Counted from the first letter of the stretch, positions 1 to 10,324 are shown. The stretch is 64,000 bases of DNA from an uncultured archaeon (GCA_964486045.1 CAZALK010000013.1:46841-110840), one strand, 5' to 3'. Program-made: numbers and translations. The notes: generated by a model not told the origin, from the sequence alone.

Positions 1-1
1 T

Positions 2-73
2 TCTACTAAAAAAGCTTCTTCTACTAAAAAAGCTTCTTCTACTAAAAAAGCTTCTTCTACTAAAAAAGCTTCT
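2..73 (+). repeat. Perfect 18-bp coding tandem repeat TCTACTAAAAAAGCTTCT x4 (STKKAS); may extend beyond the window
   Basis: Units at 2-19, 20-37, 38-55 and 56-73. Confidence 0.95.
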
Positions 74-286
74 CCAAAAGTTGTGAAAGCATCTGAGCTA
101 AAACCAAAAAAAGTAACTACTCCAAAGGAAAAGACTAAAGAGGAAGCCTCAACTAAAAAAAAGGAAAAAGATATTGATGAAAATGAATTGTTAAGACAAT
201 TTGAGGAAGATACCGGAAAAAAGGCAATTTGGAGAGGAAAGGAAACCAAGGGTTACCTAGATTGGAAAACTGAAAAATTAGGATAA
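2..286 (+). CDS. C-terminal end of a gene entering the window, probably RNA polymerase subunit A' (Rpo1N), with a low-complexity S/T/K-rich tail (partial)
   Basis: Frame open from base 2 to TAA at 284-286: (STKKAS)x4 PKVVKASELK...KKAIWRGKETKGYLDWKTEKLG. Identity is inferred only from its position directly upstream of rpoA2. Confidence 0.55.
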   Translation, partial: STKKASSTKKASSTKKASSTKKASPKVVKASELKPKKVTTPKEKTKEEASTKKKEKDIDENELLRQFEEDTGKKAIWRGKETKGYLDWKTEKLG

Positions 287-319
287 TATAATATAATTAA
301 AAAACGTGAGAATAAGGAA

Positions 320-1516
320 ATGACAAAAATAACACCACAATATTTAGAACAGCAATTAACAAATTTGAAAGACGAGGGGATCCCTGAGGATTTAATTGAC
401 AAAATTAGAGAAAAAATTAAAAATGAGGATCTCGAAAACGAACAATTAGAATATCTTCTAAATAAAATTTATATAAATTATAATAATGCACTTGTAGAAA
501 CTTCAGAACCAGTAGGTACCGTAGCCGCACAATCAATTGGTGAACCAGGAACTCAAATGACTTTGAGAACATTTCATTACGCGGGAGTAGAAGAGTTTTC
601 AGTTACTCAAGGATTACCCCGTTTAATCGAAATTGTGGATGCACGACGATTTCCATCAACACCTGCCATGGAAGTTTATTTAACTGAGGATTATAGAGAG
701 ACTGAGGAAAAAGCTATTGAAGTTCATAACCGAATAGAACAAATTCGTGTAGAACAAATAATTTCTGATGTAGATCTAGATTTTGTAAATTGGCAGATTG
801 TAGTTAACTTAATCCCTGAGATCTGTGAAAGAAAAGGAATTGATATTGATGATATTCCTGAAATTCTAAAGCGTTATAAGAAAAAAGGGACTATAAAACG
901 TGAAGGGAATTCTATTATAATCGATCCAGGGATAGAAGATCTCCAGAGTTTACAAAAATTAAGAGAAAAAATCCTGAAGAAAGTCGTAAAGGGTATTAGA
1001 GGTGTGAAAAGAGGATTATTAACACCTTCTGATGACGGTGAGGAATGGATAATTAAAACTGAAGGTACTAACTTACAAGGAGTAATACAGATTGATGGGG
1101 TTGACGCTTCTAGGTCTGCTTCAAATCATATTCATGAAATTGAGAAATTGTTTGGTATAGAAGCAGCACGTAAAATGATCATAGTAGAAGCTCAAAAAGT
1201 TCTTGAACAACAAGGCTTAGATGTTGATTTAAGACATCTACTCATTTTATCAGACTTAATGTGTTATTCAGGTTCAATTCAATCGATCGGAAGACATGGA
1301 ATATCTGGGTCAAAATCCAGTGTATTTGCTCGAGCTGCTTTTGAAGTTACTGTAAATCAATTACTTGATGCAGGACTCTACGGAGAAGAAGAACGATTGC
1401 TTGGAATCCCTGAAAATGTTATAGTGGGACAGATATCACCGATTGGCACTGGACGTGTAAATATTATGTTTGATCTAGATGCAAATTTAAAAATATTAAA
1501 ACAAATGAAGAAATAA
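320..1516 (+). CDS. rpoA2: DNA-directed RNA polymerase subunit A'' (Rpo1C)
   Basis: [44 protein letters not shown] motifs. Confidence 0.98.
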   Translation: MTKITPQYLEQQLTNLKDEGIPEDLIDKIREKIKNEDLENEQLEYLLNKIYINYNNALVETSEPVGTVAAQSIGEPGTQMTLRTFHYAGVEEFSVTQGLPRLIEIVDARRFPSTPAMEVYLTEDYRETEEKAIEVHNRIEQIRVEQIISDVDLDFVNWQIVVNLIPEICERKGIDIDDIPEILKRYKKKGTIKREGNSIIIDPGIEDLQSLQKLREKILKKVVKGIRGVKRGLLTPSDDGEEWIIKTEGTNLQGVIQIDGVDASRSASNHIHEIEKLFGIEAARKMIIVEAQKVLEQQGLDVDLRHLLILSDLMCYSGSIQSIGRHGISGSKSSVFARAAFEVTVNQLLDAGLYGEEERLLGIPENVIVGQISPIGTGRVNIMFDLDANLKILKQMKK

Positions 1517-1613
1517 AACTCTTTTTGAATCGATAAATACAAAATCCCGAAGAAAACTTAAAAATTATAATATTAGTATTCCTTAATTATATAGGACATG
1601 AATTGAAAATATC

Positions 1614-1991
1614 ATGGCAAAGAAGAAAAACAAAAGTATTCCAGAAAAACTTGATCTTTCTCGTAAGAAAAAGAAAGAATTTGATGTAGATTCTAACTTG
1701 AAGGTTGCAATGAAGACTGGAAAATTTATCTTCGGGAAGAACCAAGTGTTAAAACATTTAAGAATTAATTCATTCAAGATGATTATTCTATCAAACAACC
1801 TCCCGACTGAATTGGAAAAACGTTTAAATTATTATATTTCTCTCATGAAAGACAAAACCTACGTTCATAGATACAAAGGTTCCAGTTGGGATCTTGGTTT
1901 AGCATGTGCTAAACCTTACATGATATCTATTATTGGTGTTCTTCAAGAGGGTGATTCAGATCTTTTATCTCTAAGGACTCAACAAGTTTAA
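1614..1991 (+). CDS. rpl30e: 50S ribosomal protein L30e
   Basis: AMKTGKFIFG, YKGSSWDLGLACAKPY, GDSDLL; canonical position after rpoA2. Confidence 0.95.
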   Translation: MAKKKNKSIPEKLDLSRKKKKEFDVDSNLKVAMKTGKFIFGKNQVLKHLRINSFKMIILSNNLPTELEKRLNYYISLMKDKTYVHRYKGSSWDLGLACAKPYMISIIGVLQEGDSDLLSLRTQQV

Positions 1992-2015
1992 TTACACATT
2001 ATATTAATCATCCCA

Positions 2016-2492
2016 ATGTTAAGAAAAAATATTAAGATTGATAGGGATTCAATGGAACTTATTTCTTTATTTAATAATATCTCTGGTGCCATTATTAAAG
2101 ATTGCCTAATATTTAGGAATCAGGAGTATAATTCTGAGATAATAATCTTTTTAGTAAAAGAGGAGGATGTTGGAAAAGCCATTGGAAAAGCAGGTGAACA
2201 TGTCAAAGATTTAAAATCAAAACTCAATAAAAAGATTGATGTAATAGCTTTTTCAGAGAACCTAAATCGCTTCATTCAAAATATTTTACAAACAACTAAA
2301 AATTCTATTGTTGTTCAAAATATTGAGATAAAAGAGAGTAGAAGTTTAAAGAAAACAGTAATAATTACTGTGCGACCTCAAGATCGGGGGAAAGCAATTG
2401 GTAAAGAAGGCTCAATGATAAGAAAAATTAAAGAATTAGTTTTAAGATACTTCGACGTAGATAATGTAATTATTAATACAAAAAATGTTTAA
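2016..2492 (+). CDS. nusA: Archaeal NusA (two KH domains)
   Basis: GKAIGKAG and GKAIGKEG KH motifs; rpoA2-rpl30e-nusA synteny. Confidence 0.95.
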   Translation: MLRKNIKIDRDSMELISLFNNISGAIIKDCLIFRNQEYNSEIIIFLVKEEDVGKAIGKAGEHVKDLKSKLNKKIDVIAFSENLNRFIQNILQTTKNSIVVQNIEIKESRSLKKTVIITVRPQDRGKAIGKEGSMIRKIKELVLRYFDVDNVIINTKNV

Positions 2493-2781
2493 CAGGTTTT
2501 TGCATTTCCTTGACTTTTAGTGGTACTTATTCTTTAAATTATTGCAGAAATAACGTTGATTTTAGATTAGAATGATTACTTGCTTTTTTTAGAAATTAGT
2601 AGGCTTAAATCGTTTAAACTTTCAGAGCTTTTAAAACTATTTTACTTCATAAAAATTTAGATTTAGCCTTATCCGACCAGTTTCCAATATTGAAAAGATA
2701 TTAAATTATAGAGATGTAAAAGGGTAACCAAAATTTTAAGTTCTATTATGCATTTTTTCACATATAAATAATCAAAATTGA

Positions 2782-3219
2782 GTGGTCAAAGTGCCAAAAG
2801 GACTTTACGCAGCGAGGAAGCTTCAAGCTATTCGGAAAAAATATCGATGGTCAAAAACTAAATATAAAAGAAGAAAACTCAAATTAAAACAAAAAGTAGA
2901 CCCTTTAGAAGGAAGTTGCCAAGCTCTCGGAATTGTTCTTCAAAAAGTTGGACGAGAAAGCAAACAACCTAATTCTGCGATCCGAAAATGTGTAAGAATT
3001 CAACTTAAAAAAAATGGGAAAGGTGTGACAGCGTTCTTACCTGGTGACGGTGCTCTAAATTTTATAGAAGAGCATGATCGGGTTATCGTTGAAGGAATCG
3101 GGGGAGCAAAAGGGAGAAGTATCGGAGACCTTCCAGGAGTCCGTTATAGAGTAGTGAAAGTAAACGGTGTTTCCCTTGAAGCATTAATCTCAGGAAAGAA
3201 AGAAAAACCATTGCGATAA
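2782..3219 (+). CDS. rps12: 30S ribosomal protein S12 (uS12)
   Basis: [28 protein letters not shown]; GTG start. Confidence 0.98.
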   Translation: MVKVPKGLYAARKLQAIRKKYRWSKTKYKRRKLKLKQKVDPLEGSCQALGIVLQKVGRESKQPNSAIRKCVRIQLKKNGKGVTAFLPGDGALNFIEEHDRVIVEGIGGAKGRSIGDLPGVRYRVVKVNGVSLEALISGKKEKPLR

Positions 3220-3236
3220 GCGTGGGGTAAAGCATT

Positions 3237-3854
3237 ATGAGTAAGATAAAGAAGGATATAAAACTTTTCAATAAATTTTCTTTTAAAAACATCGAAATTA
3301 TGGATCCAACCCTAGATAATTATATTAACTTAAAACCTATTATAATCCCTCATTCTGCGGGAAGACATGAACATAAAAGGTTTTGGAAATCTACCAAGGT
3401 GTCTGTACTTGAACGATTTGCTAATAGATTACTTTCTCCTGGGTTTATTGGTAGTCGAATTAAGGGTCATAAAAGTTCCTATCATTCCGGTAAGAAAGGA
3501 AAATTATTGGGATGTATGAAAAGTGCTTTTATTTTAATGGAATTAATCACAGGAGAAAATCCGATTCAGATTATAGTAGATGCAATTGTTAATACTGCAC
3601 CTAGAGAAGAAACTACCAAAATCGCTATGGGTGGGATAAGTTATGCGTCAGCAGTGGATATCGCGCCCCAGCGACGAGTTGACTTGGCCTTGAAGTATCT
3701 GGTTCAAGCTATTGGAGCAAGGTCGCATTCTAATGAAAAATTATTTGAAGAAAATCTAGCTCAAGAACTAATCTTAGCAGCAAAAAATAGTCAAGAATCT
3801 CGCGCGGTAAAGCGAAAGGATGAAATAGAAAGAATTGCAGTATCTGCTCGTTAA
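3237..3854 (+). CDS. rps7: 30S ribosomal protein S7 (uS7)
   Basis: PHSAGRH, NTAPREE, VDIAPQRRVDLAL, KDEIERIAVSAR. Confidence 0.98.
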   Translation: MSKIKKDIKLFNKFSFKNIEIMDPTLDNYINLKPIIIPHSAGRHEHKRFWKSTKVSVLERFANRLLSPGFIGSRIKGHKSSYHSGKKGKLLGCMKSAFILMELITGENPIQIIVDAIVNTAPREETTKIAMGGISYASAVDIAPQRRVDLALKYLVQAIGARSHSNEKLFEENLAQELILAAKNSQESRAVKRKDEIERIAVSAR

Positions 3855-4120
3855 TTAATCCCTGACTCCTTAAGCATCTATCATTTCAATTGGTTCAAAC
3901 AAGCAAGGTGAAATTGTAGACAAACCCTAGACAAAAAATATAAGATAACAATGGGGGTGATCTCCTTCGAGCTTTATAGAAATTTCCCAAAAAATAGAGT
4001 TTCCAAGCGATTTTTTTTCTTAAACCTTATATATTAAAAAAATTGGGTAAATTCTGATGAAATTTACTAAAAAATCAAAGCTAAAATAACCAATTGAAAT
4101 GTTAAAATAAAAAAGCTTAA

Positions 4121-4576
4121 TTAAATACCAAACTCTTCTTTTACCCATTCACGAGTTACGGGATCGTCAAAATCTTCATGAGTCATTTCATCATAGCGAC
4201 CAATCTTAAAACAATCAGTACATACCCATGACTCCAACCAGGGCACCCATACGAGATCAAGGTCAATCGGTCGATCCCTGGGGTTAAATCCGTGCTTTTT
4301 TGCCTCCTGAAAACTAATACAACCGGCCCCACAACCACATTGTAAAGTTGATTTGTAATAAGCACGATCAAGGTCTTTCCATTTTTCACCTAATTGTATT
4401 TTTCTCTTTTGTTGAGAGGGAGTCAAAATCCTTTTATATTTGTATAAATAATAAATTTTATCTAGCTTACGGAGTTCTTTTTTCACAGCTAATTTTAAGA
4501 TTATCCTGAGATTGTCTCGTACTCGTCTTAAACTTGGTGTTTTTAATGTAACTTTACGGATTTTTTTCGATCTCAT
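4121..4576 (-). CDS. Hypothetical Cys-rich (possibly Zn-binding) protein, cargo of the rps7 insertion
   Basis: Likely ATG at 4576 (MRSKK...); CGCGAGC and WVCTDC motifs. Confidence 0.65.
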   Translation of the reverse strand: MRSKKIRKVTLKTPSLRRVRDNLRIILKLAVKKELRKLDKIYYLYKYKRILTPSQQKRKIQLGEKWKDLDRAYYKSTLQCGCGAGCISFQEAKKHGFNPRDRPIDLDLVWVPWLESWVCTDCFKIGRYDEMTHEDFDDPVTREWVKEEFGI

Positions 4577-4641
4577 TAATATTATATTGCTGCTTTTAGT
4601 CTTTATATTTTTGGACTCTAAAAAATTAATGAATAAAAAAA

Positions 4642-5008
4642 TTAAACAATTGGATAAATATTTTCCCGCAAATAAGTGCTTAAAAACCACTGCCAGAACT
4701 TATCTCTCTTTCTTTCATCGAGAAATAGTTTATCGTCCATTGGTATTTTACCATTCAAGAACAACTTAAAATCTTCTTCAATTGGTAAATATCTAAATTT
4801 ATAGAAATTACTATATCCTTCTTTTGTATCTCGGAAAAATGCTTCATATCCATCTTTCTTCACCGTAAACCATCTCTTAATCCAATTCTCAATAATCTCT
4901 TTGTCTAAATCATCCCATATTTTTACGTCATTTCCATCTATTTGTACCGTCTTGCCTTGAAATTCATTTAAGAGGGTAGAATGATAGTTTTCGATGAATG
5001 GAGATTGG
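4642..5008 (-). pseudogene. 5'-truncated hypothetical gene
   Basis: The frame of the 4642..4863 ORF stays open (QSPFIENYHSTLLNEFQGKTVQIDGNDVKIWDD...) up to the rps7 repeat boundary with no ATG; it closes at a stop inside the repeat (5017-5019). Confidence 0.6.
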
Positions 5009-5110
5009 AATCTAGCTCAAGAACTAATCTTAGCAGCAAAAAATAGTCAAGAATCTCGGGCAGTAAAACGAAAAGATGAAATAGAGAGAATAGCCGTATC
5101 AGCTAGATGA
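5009..5110 (+). pseudogene. Orphan second copy of the last 33 codons of rps7
   Basis: Translates NLAQELILAAKNSQESRAVKRKDEIERIAVSAR*, identical to the S7 C-terminus. Confidence 0.95.
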
Positions 5111-5114
5111 GATG

Positions 5115-5129
5115 TTTTTTATTTTTTTT
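5115..5129 (+). terminator. Oligo-T tract, probable native rps7 terminator
   Basis: TTTTTTATTTTTTTT immediately after the second rps7 3' end. Confidence 0.5.
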
Positions 5130-5495
5130 CAATATTGAACTTTTCAATTAAGTGGATTTTACAGTTAATAAATTAAATTTTAAACCCAATTTTTTAATAT
5201 GTTTAATTTTCTTACTCACTTATTAAGATAGGACTTAATTTTTTTACAAAAATTGTCTTTTGATGATCGTTTACTTCAAAAGTTTACCAATTTATTATAT
5301 AAAATAGCAAAGAAATCTAGTAATTAAGGTTCTTTATTGTATAAGAGTAATTACAAATTCACACTATTTTCTATAGAATATAAGAGGTCATAACTAATTA
5401 CAGCACTAAAAAATAAAAAATGGCTACCCCTAAATAATTATTTAGAAAACCTAAATCCTAAGGAGCATAATAATAATGCCTTCAAAAATATCATT

Positions 5496-5633
5496 ATGAC
5501 AATTAAAAAAAATGAAGAGAGCATTAGGGAAGGTATTTTGTGTCCTTTCTGTCTTGAGAGGAATATAGGAATTAGAATATTTTGTTATAAATGCGGTAAG
5601 AGAATTAAACAATCCATTGAACTCTTTCGTTAA
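5496..5633 (+). CDS. Small zinc-ribbon protein (45 aa; possibly starts at 5420 with a frameshift in CCCC)
   Basis: MTIKKNEESIREGILCPFCLERNIGIRIFCYKCGKRIKQSIELFR; two CxxC pairs; absent from the ORF track. Confidence 0.55.
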   Translation: MTIKKNEESIREGILCPFCLERNIGIRIFCYKCGKRIKQSIELFR

Positions 5634-5731
5634 TGAAATTTAAGAATGATCAATCAGACTAATTTCATACGACTTCCCCTGACTTTTAAATGAAAAAGCA
5701 GAAAAAAAATGGTTAATTTTAACTACGAGAT

Positions 5732-6955
5732 CTATGTCAAGGATCCTATCCAAAGGATTAAGGCTGAAATTAAAATGAAACTTGTAAACATTAAAACAGT
5801 ATATAATACTCGTTCCTTGAGAATTTTACCTCTATCTATCTTATACCACCAAATTCCAAAAGAGATGAACATTATCCATGGTATAATTAGGTTTAATATA
5901 TCAATAATAATAAAATCCGCTTCAATAGCATAATGAGTTCCAAACACAGCATAAATCATTCCGTATCCAAAGATTTGTATGAGTAAAATATGGTAGGTTG
6001 ATTTCCCGATTAAAGATATAGCTCTTGAAAATTTGTTATTAGATTTCTGAGGTAAATATCTTAGTGCCAATAAAACTAGGAATGCTGAATACGGGAATAC
6101 TAGAAAATTATAATCACCCCTAAGGAGCGGAACAACACCTATCATAAATCGAAACTCGAAGAATTGATATGAAATAATATAAGCAAGACTTATCGGAAAT
6201 AAAAACCACATAAAAAGATTTCGATGGGATTTAAGATTATGGTCAAAAGAAAACCACATTCCTAATCCAATGGCAGAAAGATAGAACAAAACACTATTCA
6301 TGAACATGGTTAAGATATACACTTCATCCCAGGATGTAATTTCTCCAATAAAGAAAAAGACCGTCATTTGCATTACTATCTCTACAAGAAAGCATATAAT
6401 TAATGTCAGAATAGATTTTTTTTTAAATCCTCTATAGATTAAAGGCATAATTAAAATAGACTGTAGAATTACTGGAATAAACCAATTTCCTGGTCCCCAG
6501 AAAGGTAAAATCCCTATAAACAGGTTTATTGAACCATGACCTGATTTACTGAATTGCTCTTGAAGCATTGCTGAAATGTCAAATCTATACCAAAGAAGGC
6601 CAACGAAAGTTGAAACTGCATAAAGAATTAAAAATGGCAGTATATAACGAAGTATTTTGCTTTTGAAATATTCTTTTGAATACAGTTGCTTTAAAGTAGC
6701 GTCTTCCTGTCGTTTAAATGACTTTCCCATATTAAATCCCATGATCACTAAAAATACTGGAATTGAGATTCTTTCCCATAAGGTGACCCCAATGTAACTT
6801 TTTACACTCCAAGAAACAACATGATCAAAAATAACCAGAAAAATCATTGCTGCTTTAAGAAAATCGACTTGAAAATAACGGTCTTCTCTTTCTTCTAGAA
6901 ACTCTTCTTCTGGGGCTATTGCTCCTGATTCGCTAATCTGTTTTCCATTAGTCAT
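5732..6955 (-). CDS. Membrane acyltransferase (acyltransferase-3/OafA-like)
   Basis: DFLKAAMIFLVIFDH, SIPVFLVIMG, IGKSTYHILL; many transmembrane segments. Confidence 0.8.
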   Translation of the reverse strand: MTNGKQISESGAIAPEEEFLEEREDRYFQVDFLKAAMIFLVIFDHVVSWSVKSYIGVTLWERISIPVFLVIMGFNMGKSFKRQEDATLKQLYSKEYFKSKILRYILPFLILYAVSTFVGLLWYRFDISAMLQEQFSKSGHGSINLFIGILPFWGPGNWFIPVILQSILIMPLIYRGFKKKSILTLIICFLVEIVMQMTVFFFIGEITSWDEVYILTMFMNSVLFYLSAIGLGMWFSFDHNLKSHRNLFMWFLFPISLAYIISYQFFEFRFMIGVVPLLRGDYNFLVFPYSAFLVLLALRYLPQKSNNKFSRAISLIGKSTYHILLIQIFGYGMIYAVFGTHYAIEADFIIIDILNLIIPWIMFISFGIWWYKIDRGKILKERVLYTVLMFTSFILISALILWIGSLT

Positions 6956-7255
6956 AATAGCTCAACATCTTTATAAAATAAATATTACATATTGTTTATC
7001 TAAAAAGTAATTTAAAACATAAGGCACTAATTTTTTATTGTCAAGATATGGCAAATAAAGAAAATCACTAAGTCAAGGATCTTTTTCCAAAAAATCTCTA
7101 CTTTCTAAGTTAAATCTCTTAATTTAAATTGGATATCACCTCTATATTATCTTAATTCAGAGTCAAGCAAAAAAAATCCTAAATTTTTAAATAATTGGTA
7201 ATCTTATTATAACATTAAGCAGATTTAAAGAATTAGTGCAAATTCAATAAGTAAA

Positions 7256-9235
7256 TTGAATTCCGACAAAAATAAAAATTTTTTAGAAAAACACTTAAAA
7301 GTATTAGGTCAAAAAATAAGGATAGATATTCTAAAAAAACTGAAAAATTCTCAAAACCAGAAATCCTTTTCAAAACTCCAGAAGGAAGTTCTAGAAAATA
7401 ACAATTCTACAGTTAATTTTTCCTTTCATTTAAGTGCATTAAAAAAATGCGATTTGATTAATTCCACTGAACATGGTTATTTTATTACGAAATTAGGTGC
7501 TCAAATTTTAGAAAATATACTATCAATAGAAAGGATCCTCATTGATAAATCAAAAACCAGAATGATAAGGACTTCAAAATATTCAAAAGAATTGTTTGAC
7601 ACAAGAAAAATTGAACAATATCTCTCAACAGAAGGTGGATTGGAAGCTTTTTTGGCTAGACAAATTGCTCGAGAGGTAGAAGAACGGCTGGCTAAGACAA
7701 ATATAGAATATTTAACAGCGCCATTAATGCGTGAGTATATTAATGTAGTACTATTGGAAAATGGTTTAGAGGAGGTAAGACACAAGCTAACCCGATTAGG
7801 AACACCCCCATATGAAGTATCTAAGTTGTTTAATTTAAAAGAAGTCTCACCAGATAAATTTATAAACCAATTAGGCTCAGATGTTTCAGAACAGTTTTTA
7901 CTGTTAAATCTTATTCCAAAGAAGTTAGCCGATTTATATTTATCTGGCGAAATTGCACTCCTTCATTTAAATTATTGGAGTTTAAGACCATTAAGCATTT
8001 ATTTAAACACTGACACGGTATTAGAGAATATCAACAATTATTCTAACATTTCAAAACAGTTAGCAGGAACTAAGGACCATGTTAATTTAATTTTAAATTT
8101 CTTTGATTTCTTATATCAAATTAGACAGTTTCACTCTGAAGATGTAGTGCTAGGTGATTTCAATAATAAATTTCTATTTAAATTCGATACACTAAAAGAA
8201 AATACTTATCTGATAGATCTGTTGTCATCACAAATAATCAGATATAATGAAAGTTTCCAAGATAATCAACAACATTTAACCATTGATTTTAGTTCTCAAA
8301 ATGATTTAGCCGAAAAAAAACTCACAAATAATCAGACTAATAAACTTTTCATAAATTTATTAAAAAGAAATTATGTGGATAATAAAGGACCATTTTTTGT
8401 ATTTGGTTTCTCAGATTTTACTCAAATATTAAAACGAAATAGTATAATCTGTGATCTTATATCAAGCCCTTGTAGAAAAAATGTTGTAATCTATAACAAT
8501 AATTATTCAAATTTACTGAATTCTACTCTGATTAAGATAGACAATTCAATTAGCAACGATATCATCTTAGATAAAATTTTAATTAATTTGCACCTGATTT
8601 CGGTGAAAGCAAATCAAAATGATGATTTATTTTTTGAATTGTTACATGATAAATTGAATTCTGTTTTTGAATTATTCAAATTCAAAGAAAATTTAGTAAC
8701 AAAGAAATTAAATACTAATAAAAAGTGGTTAACTTTAAGCTCACAGATTTTTAGTGAAAGTAAAAAGAATTTATTTCAGAAGGCTATAAAATCTATCAGT
8801 TTCTTTGGTTTAAACACGGCTATAACTAATCATTGTGGGATTGAGCTTGATAGAACAGAAAATAGCTTGAGATTTGCATTAGCAATTTTTACATTAATGC
8901 GAAGAATAATAGAAGAACAGAATGAGAAGGAAAATAATCGATATAAATTAAGTCAACCTCATAACGGTAGCTATCTAAGTGATTCATGGTATAATGGACT
9001 ATCAAGTCAAGAGCGAAATATTAGTTGTTATTCATCGAGATTTATTAGGGAGAATTCTCCACTCACATTGACAAAAAAAATTGATATATTCCGAAAAATC
9101 GAGAGTAAATTTAATGATGGAATTGTTTTCAATCACGACCTTAATAAAAATAGAATTCATTTAAAGGAACAATTAAAAATATTATTGGATTCAAAGATAA
9201 ATGCGATCTCATTTAACAATTATGAGAAAAACTGA
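7256..9235 (+). CDS. wHTH (ArsR-like) + ATP-cone + degenerate class III ribonucleotide reductase-like fusion protein
   Basis: RIDILKKL...FSFHLSALKKCDLI (wHTH); IRTSKYSKELFD...LTAPLMREYINVVLLE.GLEEVRHKLTRLG.P (NrdD-type ATP cone); IPKKLADLYLSGEIALLHLNYW; no glycyl-radical motif at the C-terminus. Confidence 0.75.
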   Translation: MNSDKNKNFLEKHLKVLGQKIRIDILKKLKNSQNQKSFSKLQKEVLENNNSTVNFSFHLSALKKCDLINSTEHGYFITKLGAQILENILSIERILIDKSKTRMIRTSKYSKELFDTRKIEQYLSTEGGLEAFLARQIAREVEERLAKTNIEYLTAPLMREYINVVLLENGLEEVRHKLTRLGTPPYEVSKLFNLKEVSPDKFINQLGSDVSEQFLLLNLIPKKLADLYLSGEIALLHLNYWSLRPLSIYLNTDTVLENINNYSNISKQLAGTKDHVNLILNFFDFLYQIRQFHSEDVVLGDFNNKFLFKFDTLKENTYLIDLLSSQIIRYNESFQDNQQHLTIDFSSQNDLAEKKLTNNQTNKLFINLLKRNYVDNKGPFFVFGFSDFTQILKRNSIICDLISSPCRKNVVIYNNNYSNLLNSTLIKIDNSISNDIILDKILINLHLISVKANQNDDLFFELLHDKLNSVFELFKFKENLVTKKLNTNKKWLTLSSQIFSESKKNLFQKAIKSISFFGLNTAITNHCGIELDRTENSLRFALAIFTLMRRIIEEQNEKENNRYKLSQPHNGSYLSDSWYNGLSSQERNISCYSSRFIRENSPLTLTKKIDIFRKIESKFNDGIVFNHDLNKNRIHLKEQLKILLDSKINAISFNNYEKN

Positions 9236-9246
9236 AATTATTTGAT

Positions 9247-10164
9247 CTAATCATGCATTAATTCTGCTAAAATGGCTTTTCGCATTGGAATGCCATAAAA
9301 AGTTTGTTTAAAATAAACAGACTTATCTGAACTGTCGACTTCTGGTGAGATTTCATTAACACGTGGTAAAGGGTGCAATAACCGGAAATCTTCTTTAGTA
9401 TCTTCAAGGTCCTTTTCTGTAAAAATATATACGCTTTTAACTTTCTCATATTCTTCTAAATCAGCAAACCTTTCTTTCTGAATCCTAGTCATATAAAGAA
9501 CATCCAAGGTGTTTAGAATATTTCTAAAGGTTGTGATTTCTTTATAGTTCATATGCCGTTGCCGTAAGAAATCTTTATCGCGATTTCTCATTTTCAATTC
9601 AACGGGGCTTATGAAATAAACGTTAACATTAAAATTCGATAAAAGAACTGAGAGCGAATGGACCGTCCTTCCATACTTAAGATCACCCATTATTCCTATA
9701 TTCAAACCATCTAATGGACCCACCTCTTCAGTTATCGTTAGTAGATCTAGCAAAGCTTGAGTAGGATGTTCTCCGCTCCCCGATCCAGCATTTATAACTG
9801 GTACTTTAGCAAATTTTGCTGCCATTCTCGCAGCACCTTCAAGGGAGTGTCTAATAACTATGCAATCACAATAATTTTCTACTGTTCGAATTGTGTCTGC
9901 AATACTTTCTCCTTTTTTAATAGAGGAAACATCTCCAGAATGAAATCCGATCACATTTCCACCTAATCTATACATAGCTGATTCAAAACTAAGGCGAGTG
10001 CGAGTAGATGGTTCAAAAAACAAGGTAGCAAGGATTTTTCCGTTTAGAAGATGTGAGTTGTTTATGTCAATCATATCTCTACCCTTAGTTAAAATATACT
10101 CAATATCATCCTTATCAAATTGCTTTGCACTTATTATTCCTTCACGAAATTGCTCATGAAACAT
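9247..10164 (-). CDS. pyrB: Aspartate carbamoyltransferase catalytic subunit
   Basis: FFEPSTRTRLSFE, HPTQALLD, GDLKYGRTVHS, HPLPR. Confidence 0.98.
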   Translation of the reverse strand: MFHEQFREGIISAKQFDKDDIEYILTKGRDMIDINNSHLLNGKILATLFFEPSTRTRLSFESAMYRLGGNVIGFHSGDVSSIKKGESIADTIRTVENYCDCIVIRHSLEGAARMAAKFAKVPVINAGSGSGEHPTQALLDLLTITEEVGPLDGLNIGIMGDLKYGRTVHSLSVLLSNFNVNVYFISPVELKMRNRDKDFLRQRHMNYKEITTFRNILNTLDVLYMTRIQKERFADLEEYEKVKSVYIFTEKDLEDTKEDFRLLHPLPRVNEISPEVDSSDKSVYFKQTFYGIPMRKAILAELMHD

Positions 10165-10324
10165 TTGAATTCTTCTTGGGAGTGTTTTTATTCACATTAT
10201 GTAAGTAAGATTTATATGGTTTATTATTAAAGGATGGGTGTTTGAATGAAATAGATAAAACTAATAAAATTTAAAATTTATAAATAATTATCCGAGATAA
10301 TTAGAAAGAAATGGTTATATTAAA

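Larger units (their letters stand above)
3753..5110. mobile_element. Small insertion in the 3' end of rps7, bounded by a duplicated rps7 3' end (3753-3854 and 5009-5110); no integrase inside
   Basis: 50-bp perfect direct repeat (3753-3802 = 5009-5058), followed by 52 bp with 11 differences, all synonymous. Confidence 0.8.

Noticed and set aside
2-73. CRISPR array
   Set aside because: Head-to-tail 18-bp units with no spacers, in frame within a CDS
4642-5019. SSV-type split integrase at the rps7 repeat
   Set aside because: No tyrosine-recombinase R-H-R-Y motifs, and the frame is closed by a stop inside the repeat core
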